Origin: Pseudomonadales bacterium
GTDB taxonomy: Bacteria; Pseudomonadota; Gammaproteobacteria; Pseudomonadales; UBA7434
NCBI GenBank assembly: GCA_965263235.1
Contig: OZ253667.1
Span: 1,617,796-1,681,795, forward strand
DNA: 64,000 nt
Direction: 5' to 3'
Shown: positions 1 to 10,512 of the stretch, piece by piece
How the letters are laid out: each line of letters opens with the position of its first letter
How positions within the stretch are numbered: position 1 is the first letter of the stretch
Translations under genes and position numbers: made by a program
The notes under the pieces: model-generated
What the model was told of the DNA's origin: nothing
The model's input: only the letters and a program-made list of their open reading frames with translations
The model's database searches: none

Positions 1-1164
1 ATTCCTGCTTCGGTCGCAAGCCCGATAGAGTGGAGCTTTAACGAAGAGCTTGGTGCCGTTATTCAGGTTGCCAGTAATGACGAAGCGCTTATTCTTGAGC
101 AACTACAAAGCGCAGGACTAGACGCATATGTAATTGGGGCTACCACGTCGACGAATACCGTTAGCTTTGCCCAGCACAACGAAGCGATTTATCAGGCTTC
201 AATTGCCGATCTGAAAGCGACGTGGCATGAAACAAGTTATCAAATCCAGCGTCTTCGCGATAACCCTGACTGCGCCTTACAAGAAGCTGGGCTGGTAAAA
301 GACCGTTCGGCAAGGGGCCTTTTTGCAGACATCCCCGCCGAATTAAAAATGTCTGCGGCACCAGCGGTGTTAACAAGCAAACCTCAGGTCGCCATTTTGC
401 GCGAACAGGGTGTTAACAGTCAGTACGAAATGGCGGCAGCTTACATGGCGGCGGGCTTTGACACCTTCGATGTCCACATGAGTGATTTACAAACCGGTAG
501 ATACAAGCTTGAGCAGTTTCAGGGGCTAGCGGTTTGTGGTGGTTTCTCCTACGGTGATGTATTAGGAGCCGGCCAGGGCTGGGCGAAAACCATATTGCTG
601 GACGAGCGTTTACGCGATCAGTTCGCGACGTTTTTTAGTGCTGAGAGTAAATTTACCTTAGGCGTATGCAATGGCTGCCAGATGTTGACCGCGCTGGCCG
701 AGCTTATTCCTGGCACTGAACATTGGCCGAGATTTGTACGCAATCGCTCAGAACAATTTGAAGCGCGCCTGGTCATGGCACAGGTTCAGAATACCAGCAG
801 CCCATTACTAAAAGATATGAATGGATTAATGTTTCCTATTGTCGTTTCACACGGCGAAGGACGAGCAACGCTTGAAGATGCAACACTAAAATCATTAAAC
901 CAGTCGCAGTTATCGGCGCTACGTTATGTCGATGGGAATAGCGAGGCTACAGAGCGTTATCCTCTTAACCCCAATGGCTCACCGGAGGGGCTAGCGGGCG
1001 TAGTTAATAAGGGAGGCAATGTGTTGACTATGATGCCACACCCGGAACGTAGCTTTAGGTCGCTACAATTGTCCTGGTATCCGTCGGAACTTAGCGATTC
1101 GGACTATGCTGAATATAGTCCCTGGCTAAAAATCTTCCAAAATTCCTTGGATATTTGTAGTTAA
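1..1164 (+). CDS. purL: phosphoribosylformylglycinamidine synthase (large PurL), C-terminal part; 5' end outside window
   Basis: Frame 1 is open from base 1 (IPASVASPIEWSFNEELGAV...), so the Met at 349 is internal. Class-I glutamine amidotransferase contexts GVCNGCQML (nucleophile Cys) and MMPHPER are present. Confidence 0.9.
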   Translation: MPASVASPIEWSFNEELGAVIQVASNDEALILEQLQSAGLDAYVIGATTSTNTVSFAQHNEAIYQASIADLKATWHETSYQIQRLRDNPDCALQEAGLVKDRSARGLFADIPAELKMSAAPAVLTSKPQVAILREQGVNSQYEMAAAYMAAGFDTFDVHMSDLQTGRYKLEQFQGLAVCGGFSYGDVLGAGQGWAKTILLDERLRDQFATFFSAESKFTLGVCNGCQMLTALAELIPGTEHWPRFVRNRSEQFEARLVMAQVQNTSSPLLKDMNGLMFPIVVSHGEGRATLEDATLKSLNQSQLSALRYVDGNSEATERYPLNPNGSPEGLAGVVNKGGNVLTMMPHPERSFRSLQLSWYPSELSDSDYAEYSPWLKIFQNSLDICS

Positions 1165-1288
1165 CCCCAATATTGCTGACTAGTCTAATCATAATATGAC
1201 TATAATCGCTCGCTTTTTGCGAATAGCCCTAACGCCGCTGAGCGGCTTGATCACAGCTTTGTAATTACGAAAGAATAATCGACGAACT

Positions 1289-3136
1289 ATGAATACATAC
1301 CCCTGGTGGAAATACACCATACTTGTTATCGCTTTAACAATAGGGCTCTTTTATGCGGCGCCGAATTTATACTCGCCAGATCCAGCGGTTCAAATAACGG
1401 GACAAAACTCCGGTTTGGTGTTGGGCGAAACTGAGGTCAGCAAAGTTAGCAGAAGCCTCGAAGAGGCGGGTATTGACAGCAAAAAAGTTGTGTTAGAAGA
1501 CAATGTTGTGTTGGTACGCTTAGTCGATCGGTCAGACCAGCTTTTAGCGAAGCGGATCATACAAAGATCCCTGGGGCGAGATAAATACGTTGTTGCGCTT
1601 AATCTTGCGCCTACCACACCTTCATGGCTTTCGGCGATCGGTGCCAGTCCCATGAAACTGGGGCTTGATTTAAGTGGTGGTGTTCATTTTTTAATGGAAG
1701 TCGACACTGAAGCTGCAATTGATACTCGGCTAGCGTCGATGCTCTCGTCTTATAAAAATCAGTTACGCAAAGAAAAGGTTCGCGGCACGGTTCGGCTTGA
1801 AAAAGACACTTTGGTGGGCGTGTTTAAGGACGCCGAAACGCGCGATAAAGCCGCTTCTCTCGCTCGTGAGAATTATGACCAGCTGCTTCGCAATAAGTCC
1901 GAAGCTGATGGAAAATTTATTTTAAAGCTTACCTTGCTCGAACAGGCCATACAGCAACTTGAAGACGAGGCAGTTGCGCAAAACTTAATTACCTTGAGAA
2001 ACCGAGTAAATGAATTAGGTGTGTCAGAGCCATTAGTTCAGCGCCAGGGCGGCTCGCGAATTGTTGTTGAACTGCCAGGCGTACAGGATACAGCTGAGGC
2101 TAAACGGATTCTCGGCAAAACTGCGAACCTTCAGTTTCGCCTCAGGGCAGAAAGCGGGGCGTCAAGTTTTGACGTTGAGAAATTCGATTATGAAGACATC
2201 GAAGTTTTAATTGAGCGCGATATTATTGTGACGGGTGAGGATGTTTCCGGGGCCCGCAGTGGTTTTGACGAAAACGGCATGCCACAGGTAAATATCGATA
2301 TGAGCGCGTCTGGTGGGCAGCAAATGCATCGCGTGACTCGCAATGCAGTGAAGCGTCAAATGGCGGTGCTGTTTGTTGAGCAAAAGCTGAGAAAAACCGG
2401 AAAAACCTTTGTCGATGAATACGGCGATGAAGTCGATGAATATCGGGAATTCGCTGACAAACGCATTATTAGTTTGGCCACCATTCAAAGCCCGCTTGGA
2501 GCACAATTTAGAATTACTGGCATCGATTCCTCTGCCGAAGCGACAGAGCTGGCACTGCTACTTCGTGCAGGCGCTTTGGCGGCACCAATGCGCTTTGTGG
2601 AAGAGCGGACCATTGGCCCCTCGTTAGGTGCTGAAAATATCAGGCTTGGCGTAAGGTCGGTTGTTATCGGCTTTGCGCTAGTTGTTGTTTTGATGGCAGT
2701 GATTTATCGATTGTTTGGTCTGGCCGCTAACATTGCGCTAGCCTGCAACCTGATCCTTATTGTCGCTGTTATGTCTTTACTGGGAGCAACACTCACTTTG
2801 CCAGGTATCGCTGGTATCGTGCTAACGGTGGGTATGGCAGTTGACGCTAACGTGCTTATTTTCTCCAGGATACGAGAAGAATTAAAAGCGGGAAGCGCAC
2901 CGCAAACCGCAATAAGCCAGGGCTTTGATCGCGCCTTTGTTACGATTCGTGATGCCAACATAACAACATTGTTAGCTGCGCTTATACTATATGGCGTGGG
3001 TACTGGACCTATTAAAGGTTTTGCGATCACGTTGTCTATCGGGATTTTAACCTCGATGTTTACGGCGATCATGGGGACGCGCAGTTTGGTCAATTTGATG
3101 TATGGCAATCGAAAGCTAAAAACGCTAAAGATTTAA
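1289..3136 (+). CDS. secD: protein translocase subunit SecD
   Basis: 615 aa with an N-terminal TM helix, a large periplasmic domain and a C-terminal TM bundle. Conserved GLDLSGGVHF and GIAGIVLTVGMAVDANVLIFSRIREE. Followed directly by secF. Confidence 0.95.
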   Translation: MNTYPWWKYTILVIALTIGLFYAAPNLYSPDPAVQITGQNSGLVLGETEVSKVSRSLEEAGIDSKKVVLEDNVVLVRLVDRSDQLLAKRIIQRSLGRDKYVVALNLAPTTPSWLSAIGASPMKLGLDLSGGVHFLMEVDTEAAIDTRLASMLSSYKNQLRKEKVRGTVRLEKDTLVGVFKDAETRDKAASLARENYDQLLRNKSEADGKFILKLTLLEQAIQQLEDEAVAQNLITLRNRVNELGVSEPLVQRQGGSRIVVELPGVQDTAEAKRILGKTANLQFRLRAESGASSFDVEKFDYEDIEVLIERDIIVTGEDVSGARSGFDENGMPQVNIDMSASGGQQMHRVTRNAVKRQMAVLFVEQKLRKTGKTFVDEYGDEVDEYREFADKRIISLATIQSPLGAQFRITGIDSSAEATELALLLRAGALAAPMRFVEERTIGPSLGAENIRLGVRSVVIGFALVVVLMAVIYRLFGLAANIALACNLILIVAVMSLLGATLTLPGIAGIVLTVGMAVDANVLIFSRIREELKAGSAPQTAISQGFDRAFVTIRDANITTLLAALILYGVGTGPIKGFAITLSIGILTSMFTAIMGTRSLVNLMYGNRKLKTLKI

Positions 3137-3172
3137 TGACAACTATCGACCTGTTTTGGTTAAGAAATAAAT

Positions 3173-4090
3173 ATGTCTGAATTAAAAGTAATCCCATTCA
3201 TGTCAATGCGAACTTATGCATTGATCTTTTCTGTCGCTTTACTTGTTGTATCGATAGGGTCGCTAGTGGTCAAAGGTCTAAACTTTGGACTGGACTTTAG
3301 TGGCGGCACGTTGGTAGAGCTTCACTACGAGCAGCCCGCAAATATCCCGGATATTCGCACTACACTAACGGAAAGTGGCTTTGAGGGTTTTCAGGTTGTT
3401 AATTTTGGTTCAGACAATGACGTGCTCGTTAGAATGCCTGCTGATGAGACAGCAGACCTAGGCGACAGGGTTGTCGAGTCACTCTCTGTCGGGAACGATA
3501 GCGTTCGCGTTACCAGGGTGGAGTTTGTCGGGCCTCAGGTAGGCGAGGAGCTTCGCGACCAGGGTGGGCTTGGCCTGCTAATCGCGCTTGCCGGCGTTAT
3601 GTTGTATGTCGCGATTCAGTTTCAGTTAAAGTTTTCGGTAGGTGCGGTAGTTGCTCTTATTCACGACGTGTTGATTACTTTAGGCGTATTTTCGCTGTTG
3701 CAACTGGATTTTGATCTTACTGTGCTGGCAGCATTGCTAGCAGTAATTGGTTATTCCCTTAACGATACAATAGTCGTGTCAGATCGTATCCGCGAAAACT
3801 TTCGCTCACTTAGAAGGCGCACGCCAGTTGAGGTGATTGATTATTCCCTGACCCAAACTTTAGGCAGAACGTTAATGACCTCTGCGACAACTTTACTCGT
3901 GCTTGCTTCCTTGTTTATTTTTGGTGGCGATATTATTCATGGTTTTGCAACAGCCTTGATTATCGGTGTTGTTATAGGAACCTACTCGTCGATCTTTGTG
4001 GCAGCAAACTTGCTGCTTATGATGAATATTACTCAGCAGGATCTCGTTATCCCTGAAAAAGAAAACGCCGATCTGGACGCAATGCCGTAG
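3173..4090 (+). CDS. secF: protein translocase subunit SecF
   Basis: 305 aa with GLDFSGGT and GYSLNDTIVVSDRIRE motifs and 6 hydrophobic segments. Adjacent to secD. Confidence 0.95.
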   Translation: MSELKVIPFMSMRTYALIFSVALLVVSIGSLVVKGLNFGLDFSGGTLVELHYEQPANIPDIRTTLTESGFEGFQVVNFGSDNDVLVRMPADETADLGDRVVESLSVGNDSVRVTRVEFVGPQVGEELRDQGGLGLLIALAGVMLYVAIQFQLKFSVGAVVALIHDVLITLGVFSLLQLDFDLTVLAALLAVIGYSLNDTIVVSDRIRENFRSLRRRTPVEVIDYSLTQTLGRTLMTSATTLLVLASLFIFGGDIIHGFATALIIGVVIGTYSSIFVAANLLLMMNITQQDLVIPEKENADLDAMP

Positions 4091-4113
4091 TGCGCTGCTA
4101 ATTACTCTAAATA

Positions 4114-5505
4114 ATGACAACACAGACTTTGAGCGCGCCAGTAATTGTTGAGCAGGCTTCTGTAAGCCCAGAAGAAAGCCTACACCTTTTATCTCGAAGT
4201 GAAATCGAACAGCTTTACGGTGCATCTGATACCGAGCTTTACCAGGTTTTTCGCCGCTGCGCACTCGCGGTTATGAACAGCGGTAGTCCGGACGATGATA
4301 CCAAGTCCGTGCTCGAAACCTACAAAAATTTTGACATTAAAATTATTCAGCGTGAGCGCGGTATCAAGCTGGAAATCGTCAATGCGCCAGCCAGTGCTTT
4401 TGTCGATGGTGAGATGATAAAAGGCATAAAAGAGCATCTGTTTGCGGTGCTGCGCGATGTCATATTCCAGCAGTCAGACTTTGTAAAACACGATGGAAGA
4501 AAAATTTCAAACCCATCTGCGATTACCGACGCGGTTTTTAAAGTACTCAGAAACGCTAATGCGCTGATACACGCAAAAGAGCCTAACCTGGTTGTTTGCT
4601 GGGGTGGCCACTCAATATCACCGTTAGAATACGACTATACAAAACTGGTAGGCTACGAGTTTGGCTTGCGTGGACTTGACGTTTGTACCGGCTGCGGTCC
4701 GGGCGCAATGAAAGGGCCCATGAAAGGTGCCGCAGTTGCGCATAGAAAGCAACGTAATCGCACCGGGCGCTACGTTGGAATTTCCGAACCCGGCATTATT
4801 GCAGCGGAATCGCCAAACCCTATCGTCAACGAACTTATCGTGATGCCCGATATTGAAAAGCGGCTAGAGGCTTTTGTGCGTTTAGGGCATGGTATTGTTG
4901 TCTTTCCCGGTGGCGTCGGGACAGCTGAAGAGATTTTTTATATTCTTGGGTTAATGCTTCACGAAAAAAACAAGGGAACGAGAATTCCCGTTATTTTCAC
5001 CGCGCCACCAGAATCGACAGAATATTTTGAAGCGCTCGACAAGTTTATTCGCCTAACGCTTGGTGACGAAGCGAGTTCGCTTTATGAAGTTATCGTTGAC
5101 AACCCAACGCTTGTTGCGCAGAAAATGGCTGACGGCATGCATAAAGTGAGGGATCAACGTAAAGACAAGCAGGACGCTTTTTACTTTAATTGGGTTCTGC
5201 ATATACCAGAAGAACTTCAAAATCCATTTGAAGCGACGCACGAAAACATGTCCAGGCTTAACCTTAGCCGGGATCAATCAGCGTTTGAATTAGCAGTGAA
5301 CCTGCGAGCAATGTTTTCTGGCCTGGTCGCTGGTAATGTTAAGTCTGAGGGAATCCAGGCTATTGCCGAAAAAGGCAATTTCCAGTTGAGCGGTAGTCCA
5401 GAGATTATGCACGAGGTAGACAATTTTCTTCGTGCCTTTGTCGAGCATGGCAGAATGAAAATCAACGCAAGTGAATACAAACCCTGTTACGACATCGTGA
5501 TGTAA
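4114..5505 (+). CDS. ppnN: pyrimidine/purine nucleotide 5'-monophosphate nucleosidase (LOG-family, PpnN/YgdH type)
   Basis: 463 aa. The sequence looks collinear over most of its length with E. coli YgdH as I recall it: LYQVFRRCALAVMNSGS, CTGCGPGAMKGPMKGAAV, PDIEKRLEAFVR, FPGGVGTAEE (LOG motif), SGLVAGNVK. Confidence 0.85.
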   Translation: MTTQTLSAPVIVEQASVSPEESLHLLSRSEIEQLYGASDTELYQVFRRCALAVMNSGSPDDDTKSVLETYKNFDIKIIQRERGIKLEIVNAPASAFVDGEMIKGIKEHLFAVLRDVIFQQSDFVKHDGRKISNPSAITDAVFKVLRNANALIHAKEPNLVVCWGGHSISPLEYDYTKLVGYEFGLRGLDVCTGCGPGAMKGPMKGAAVAHRKQRNRTGRYVGISEPGIIAAESPNPIVNELIVMPDIEKRLEAFVRLGHGIVVFPGGVGTAEEIFYILGLMLHEKNKGTRIPVIFTAPPESTEYFEALDKFIRLTLGDEASSLYEVIVDNPTLVAQKMADGMHKVRDQRKDKQDAFYFNWVLHIPEELQNPFEATHENMSRLNLSRDQSAFELAVNLRAMFSGLVAGNVKSEGIQAIAEKGNFQLSGSPEIMHEVDNFLRAFVEHGRMKINASEYKPCYDIVM

Positions 5506-5562
5506 GCGAACAAGCGCGGTTACTTCAATTGAAAGCTTAACCGGCGCCGGAGCTTCCTGCTC

Positions 5563-5889
5563 TTATTCTTCTACCCACACCCAGCGTAACGGTTCGCCAA
5601 AATCGTCATAGATCAGTTTTTTACGAGCACGTTTCTTTTTAACGGTCGCGCGACTGTTTTGTTTTGGTGCTTTTCTCGCATCAATCGCATTTAGCACATC
5701 CGGTATCTGTGTGCGCTCTCCCTGAGACTTTTCCATGTGCCAACTGTCGGGCTTAATCATCCCTGCGCCGGTTTCACGACCACTTACGCCTCTTGGCACC
5801 TCTTTTACATCCCCACCAGAACTAACAAACGCTTCGAGGTCTCGTTCGAGGCGTTTTCGTAACTCAGCTTTTGTAGGAGGCTTTTGCAT
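5563..5889 (-). CDS. small basic hypothetical protein (weak SutA-like N-terminal segment)
   Basis: 108-aa ORF with a Lys/Arg-rich C-terminal half (KKKRARKK). The segment LEAFVSSGGDVKEVP faintly recalls the FLxxGGxVxxI segment of Pseudomonas SutA. No catalytic motif. Confidence 0.4.
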   Translation of the reverse strand: MQKPPTKAELRKRLERDLEAFVSSGGDVKEVPRGVSGRETGAGMIKPDSWHMEKSQGERTQIPDVLNAIDARKAPKQNSRATVKKKRARKKLIYDDFGEPLRWVWVEE

Positions 5890-6111
5890 AACCCATAATT
5901 ATAGCCAAGAAGCGAACAGGGAAATAGCAAAGGGCTTCTGCGCCTATTTGTCTTAGATATCGGTTTAAGCAGAAGATATTGATTACATGGACTTAGACAT
6001 AGCGATAATTGGAACAATAAGCATGGGCGTTTGCTACTACTCGTGCAAAAAAGCGGTAGAATAAACACCTGTTTACTTTGTATTCATACACTCTTTTTGG
6101 GAGATATTCTC

Positions 6112-7290
6112 TTGGACATTCAATTTTCTTCTCAGGACGTAGCTTTTAGAGAAGAGGTTCGGTCATTTTTAAAAGAAAACTACACGGCCGACATTTCTGA
6201 CGAGCTATTTACTCAAGATGGGCATAGAGACGCGATGCTGAAGTGGCAGCGCAAACTCTATAAACAGGGCTGGATCGCGCCGAACTGGCCTGTCGAATTT
6301 GGAGGCACAGGCTGGACGCCCACGCAAAGCTTTATTTACGAGCAGGAACGATCGGCATGGGGTATCCCCGACAGCGTTCCTTTCGGTTTAAAAATGGTTG
6401 GGCCTGTCATCTATACCTATGGAACCGAGGCACAAAAAGAAAGGTTTTTACCCAAAATTCTCGCCAGCGAAGAGTGGTGGTGCCAGGGGTATTCGGAGCC
6501 TGGTGCGGGTAGTGACCTTGCTGCCTTACAAACCAAAGCGGAGCGAGTAGGCGATAAGTATATTGTAAATGGACAAAAAATATGGACTACCTACGCGCAG
6601 TACGCCGACTGGATATTTTGTTTAGTCCGTACGGATAGCAGTGGCCGGAAACAAAGCGGCATCAGCTTTTTACTTATCGATATGAAAAGTCCTGGGATCA
6701 CTGTGCGCCCGATACCCACTATTGATGCGTATCACACGCTGAATGAAGTTTTTTTTGAAGACGTAGAGGTGCCAGTAGAGAACTTAATAGGTGAAGAAGA
6801 TAAGGGCTGGACCTATGCAAAAGCCTTACTCGCGCACGAACGCACTTCTATTTCGGGCGTCGCTGAGTCAAAGCGTCAGTTGCAAATCATCAAAAAACTC
6901 GCAGCAGAAGAAATTAACGGCGGTTGTAAATTATTAGATGATGCGATATTCCAAACGCGGCTTAGTGAAGTAGAAATCGCCTTAATGGCACTTGAATATT
7001 CTGAGCTTCGCATATTTTCGGCCATGTCAGCGGGTGATAACCCTGGGGCCATTTCGTCGATGCTTAAAATAAAAGGCACTGAGATACAACAAACACTGCA
7101 AGACATAATGATGGATATTGCCGGTCCATTTCAAGGCGTTGTTGCTGGCGAGACGCCTACAGAAACAATTGGCCATGCATTTGGGGATACCGCAAGAAGA
7201 CAATATATGTACGGTCGAGCTGCAACTATTTATGGCGGTTCGAATGAAATACAACGCAACGTGATGGCCAAAGCAGTTCTAGGGCTTTAG
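6112..7290 (+). CDS. acyl-CoA dehydrogenase (LCAD/IVD-type catalytic-base position)
   Basis: ACAD motifs YSEPGAGSD, NGQKIWTT and IYGGSNEIQ, with a Glu in LAHER. I prefer the TTG at 6112, preceded by GGGAGA at 6099-6104, over the ORF-track start at 6031, whose 27 extra residues are non-homologous. Confidence 0.85.
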   Translation: MDIQFSSQDVAFREEVRSFLKENYTADISDELFTQDGHRDAMLKWQRKLYKQGWIAPNWPVEFGGTGWTPTQSFIYEQERSAWGIPDSVPFGLKMVGPVIYTYGTEAQKERFLPKILASEEWWCQGYSEPGAGSDLAALQTKAERVGDKYIVNGQKIWTTYAQYADWIFCLVRTDSSGRKQSGISFLLIDMKSPGITVRPIPTIDAYHTLNEVFFEDVEVPVENLIGEEDKGWTYAKALLAHERTSISGVAESKRQLQIIKKLAAEEINGGCKLLDDAIFQTRLSEVEIALMALEYSELRIFSAMSAGDNPGAISSMLKIKGTEIQQTLQDIMMDIAGPFQGVVAGETPTETIGHAFGDTARRQYMYGRAATIYGGSNEIQRNVMAKAVLGL

Positions 7291-7323
7291 CAAGAAACTC
7301 ATCGAAAAAGAGGTTAGCACGAA

Positions 7324-8484
7324 GTGAATCTAGATTTAACTGAAGAACAATTGATGCTGAAAGATAGCATCGAAAAATTTATTCTTTCCGAATACAGTTT
7401 AGAACAACGTCAAAAGATTGTTGACACTACCGGTCACAGCACAAGCCATTGGCAGACTTACGCTGAGCTAGGCTGGTTGTCCGTTCCTTTTGAGCAAACG
7501 TATGGCGGTTTTGGCGGCGATATGTCAGACGTGGCTGTTTTAATGGAAGAGTTCGGCAAAGGTCTGGTGTTAGAACCGTATGTGGAAAACCTGGTCTTGT
7601 TTGGCAGGCTTTTGCAGTCGATAGCGAGTGAAGAACAAAAGAACGAGTTAATCCCAAAAATGATTGCAGGCGAGCTGCGTGGAAGCGTAGCCTATATTGA
7701 GCCTCAGTCTCGTTATGTAGCAAGTGATATTGTGACTAGCCTTATCAAAAGCGCTAGCGGATACTCTTTAAGCGGACATAAAGTCGCTGTTCCATTTGCC
7801 GCCGACGCAGACTTTTTTATTGTGTCTGCACGAGTATCGGGCGAACAAAACGATAAGTCTGGAATTGCGTTGGTTTTGGTTGATGCAAAAGCCGAAGGTG
7901 TTTCGCTCAACCAGTTTCAGGTTATGGATGGCCAAAAATTTGCAAATCTGCAATTCGATAATGTAAACGTAACGGAAGATGCCTTGCTTGCGAGTGACGA
8001 AACTGCATATAGTGCATTAGAGCAGGCGCTCAACGACGTAATTATTGCGAGCTGCGCAGAAGGACTTGGTATTATGCAAAAGCTCCAGGAGTTAACGGTT
8101 GCGTACACAAAAGAGCGAAAGCAATTTGGCCTGCCAATAGGCGCGTTCCAGGTGTTGCAACACCGCATGGTTGATATGTTTATTCATTGCGAGCAGACCC
8201 GCTCACTTTTATATAGAGCGCTTTGCTCGTGGCAGCAGCTGGTAACAGCGCCGACAAAGGATAACGAAATTGAACATTTACAGAATGTTCGAGGATTAAA
8301 AGTTGCGCTTGGCCATTATGGTAAGGAAGTGGCTGCGGAGGCGGTTCAATTACATGGAGGTATGGGTATGACTGAAGAAATGAGCGTTGGGCATTACTTA
8401 AAGCGCATGCGAATGCTTAGCGGAATGTATGGTGATTCTGACCACCATCAAGCGTTATTTAACCAAACTGCTTACGGAAGCTAG
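7324..8484 (+). CDS. acyl-CoA dehydrogenase-fold protein with degenerate FAD/catalytic motifs (candidate non-catalytic partner subunit)
   Basis: The ACAD N-terminus (LTEEQLMLKDS) and C-terminus (VQLHGGMGMTEE) are present. However, TEPxxGSD is degenerate (YIEPQSRYVASD), the W-x-S/T motif is absent (GHKVAVPF), and YEGT is replaced by MYGDS. GTG start. Confidence 0.75.
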   Translation: MNLDLTEEQLMLKDSIEKFILSEYSLEQRQKIVDTTGHSTSHWQTYAELGWLSVPFEQTYGGFGGDMSDVAVLMEEFGKGLVLEPYVENLVLFGRLLQSIASEEQKNELIPKMIAGELRGSVAYIEPQSRYVASDIVTSLIKSASGYSLSGHKVAVPFAADADFFIVSARVSGEQNDKSGIALVLVDAKAEGVSLNQFQVMDGQKFANLQFDNVNVTEDALLASDETAYSALEQALNDVIIASCAEGLGIMQKLQELTVAYTKERKQFGLPIGAFQVLQHRMVDMFIHCEQTRSLLYRALCSWQQLVTAPTKDNEIEHLQNVRGLKVALGHYGKEVAAEAVQLHGGMGMTEEMSVGHYLKRMRMLSGMYGDSDHHQALFNQTAYGS

Positions 8485-8487
8485 TTC

Positions 8488-9699
8488 ATGAATTTACAAC
8501 CTACTGAAAGAGCCTTAGCGCTTAAAGAAGATATAAAAACCTTTATGGATGAGCACGTTTATCCAAATGAAGGGAAATTCGACCAACAGGTAAACGAGGG
8601 TGACCGCTGGGAGGCTCCAGCATTATTAGAAGAGTTAAAAGAAAAGGCCAAAGCGCAAGAGTTATGGAATTTCTTTTTACCCAAATCTTATGGAGAATTT
8701 AGTCCCGGACTGAGCAATCTCGATTACGCGATACTAGCAGAAGAAATGGGTAAGGTGCTTTGGTGTTCGGAGGTGTTTAACTGCAGTGCACCGGACACCG
8801 GCAATATGGAAGTGTTAGCTAAGTATGGGACCCCCGAACAACAGGAGCAATGGTTAAAACCATTACTTGCTGGTGAAATTCGCTCGGCGTTTTGTATGAC
8901 TGAACCCGACTATGCCTGTTCTGACGCAACAAATGTGCAAACTGATATTCGCCGTGATGGTGATGAATACGTTATTAATGGCCGCAAATGGTGGAGCAGC
9001 GGTGCCATGAATAACGCCTGTAGCGTGTTTGTGCTAATGGGAAAAACGGATCCAGAGAGCGAGAACAAACACCGTCAGCAGTCGATGATACTCGTTCCCA
9101 GCAATGCGGAAGGTGTAACGGTTGAAAGGCCTCTTACGGTATTTGGTTATGACGATGCGCCGGAAGGGCACGCCGAAATTGCATTTGATAACGTTCGCGT
9201 TCCGGCAAGCAATATATTGGTCGGCGAAGGTGCAGGATTTGAAATTGCCCAGGGGCGCCTGGGGCCAGGGCGTATACATCATTGCATGCGTACGATAGGT
9301 GTTGCGCAACGTGCGCTGGAGCTGATGTGTAAGCGGGCAGAGCAACGTGTAGTGTTTGGCAGGGCCTTAAGTAGAATTCAATCGGTACGAGAAGACGTGG
9401 CCAAATCTGCCTGTGAGATAGAGCAAGCGCGTCTGCTCACATTAAAAGCCGCTGCGCTTATCGATGTTGGTGGAGCCAAGGCTGCTAAAGATGCGATTGC
9501 GATGATAAAAATTGTCGTACCGTCAATGTGTTTGGCGGTCCTCGACCGGGCGATACAAATCCATGGCGGCGCTGGTGTTTGCCAGGACTTTCCAATGGCT
9601 CGTTTTTACGCTGGTATTCGTTCGCTCAGGCTTGCTGACGGGCCGGATCAGGTACACATGATGCAGCTTGGCCGAAATAAAATTGCGGAGTATCAGTAA
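8488..9699 (+). CDS. acyl-CoA dehydrogenase (ACAD10/11 / FadE2-like subgroup)
   Basis: 403 aa with [31 protein letters not shown] and LADGPDQVH, typical of this subgroup. The stop overlaps the next start (TAATG). Confidence 0.85.
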   Translation: MNLQPTERALALKEDIKTFMDEHVYPNEGKFDQQVNEGDRWEAPALLEELKEKAKAQELWNFFLPKSYGEFSPGLSNLDYAILAEEMGKVLWCSEVFNCSAPDTGNMEVLAKYGTPEQQEQWLKPLLAGEIRSAFCMTEPDYACSDATNVQTDIRRDGDEYVINGRKWWSSGAMNNACSVFVLMGKTDPESENKHRQQSMILVPSNAEGVTVERPLTVFGYDDAPEGHAEIAFDNVRVPASNILVGEGAGFEIAQGRLGPGRIHHCMRTIGVAQRALELMCKRAEQRVVFGRALSRIQSVREDVAKSACEIEQARLLTLKAAALIDVGGAKAAKDAIAMIKIVVPSMCLAVLDRAIQIHGGAGVCQDFPMARFYAGIRSLRLADGPDQVHMMQLGRNKIAEYQ

Positions 9700-10466
9700 T
9701 GCAAGTAAGAGACCTATTTGATCTTTCAGGAAAAGTTGCGGTAGTTACGGGTGCTAGTCGTGGCATAGGAAGGAGTATTGCGCGTTTACTTGCAAGCCAT
9801 GGCGCACATGTTCTGGTTTCAAGTCGCAAGCAGGAAGGCTGTGAGGCGGTTGTCAAAGAAATAGAAGACGCTGGCGGCAAAGCTACGGCGTTAGCCTGCC
9901 ATATAGGTGATATGGAAGAAATTAGTAAGCTATACGCGTTTATCGATAGTGAATTCGGTAGGATTGATATATTGATTAATAATGCCGCTACCAACCCTTA
10001 TTTTGGGCATGTTCTCGATACGGATCTTGCAGCGTACCAGAAGACAGTAGACGTTAATATTCGCGGCTATTTTTTTATGTCGATAGAAGCGGGGAAACGC
10101 ATGAAAAAACAGGGCGGTGGCGCAATTGTTAATACGGCGTCGATTAATGCGCTTCAGCCGGGCGAATACCAGGCAATCTATTCGATAACAAAAGCTGCCC
10201 TGGTTAATATGACAAAAGCGTTCGCTAAAGAGTGCGGTCAATTTAATATTCGTTGTAATGCCTTGTTACCCGGAATAACAAAAACCAAGTTTGCATCTGC
10301 ATTGTTTGAAGATGAAGACATCCTCTCAAAAGGTTTGGAACGAGCCGCGCTAGGTCGTTACGCCCAACCAGAGGAAATGGCGGGCACCGTACTTTATTTG
10401 GTTTCGGATGCCGCAAGCTACACGACGGGAGAGAGTATCGTCGTTGATGGCGGTGTAACACTATAG
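9699..10466 (+). CDS. short-chain dehydrogenase/reductase (SDR)
   Basis: TGASRGIGRSIA Rossmann motif, NNAA, and YSITK (YxxxK). 255 aa. Confidence 0.85.
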   Translation: MQVRDLFDLSGKVAVVTGASRGIGRSIARLLASHGAHVLVSSRKQEGCEAVVKEIEDAGGKATALACHIGDMEEISKLYAFIDSEFGRIDILINNAATNPYFGHVLDTDLAAYQKTVDVNIRGYFFMSIEAGKRMKKQGGGAIVNTASINALQPGEYQAIYSITKAALVNMTKAFAKECGQFNIRCNALLPGITKTKFASALFEDEDILSKGLERAALGRYAQPEEMAGTVLYLVSDAASYTTGESIVVDGGVTL

Positions 10467-10512
10467 CTACAAATCTATCCTTTCTAGTATTAACATTTGA
10501 TGAGACATAGTT

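Noticed and set aside
6031-6111. Upstream ORF-track starts for several genes: 6031, 18689, 49030, 50035, 62318 and 40720.
   Set aside because: The extra residues precede the conserved N-termini of the respective families. In two cases (62318, 40720) they would also overlap neighbouring genes. Internal starts with better RBS context or homology were chosen, though the chorismatase start remains uncertain.
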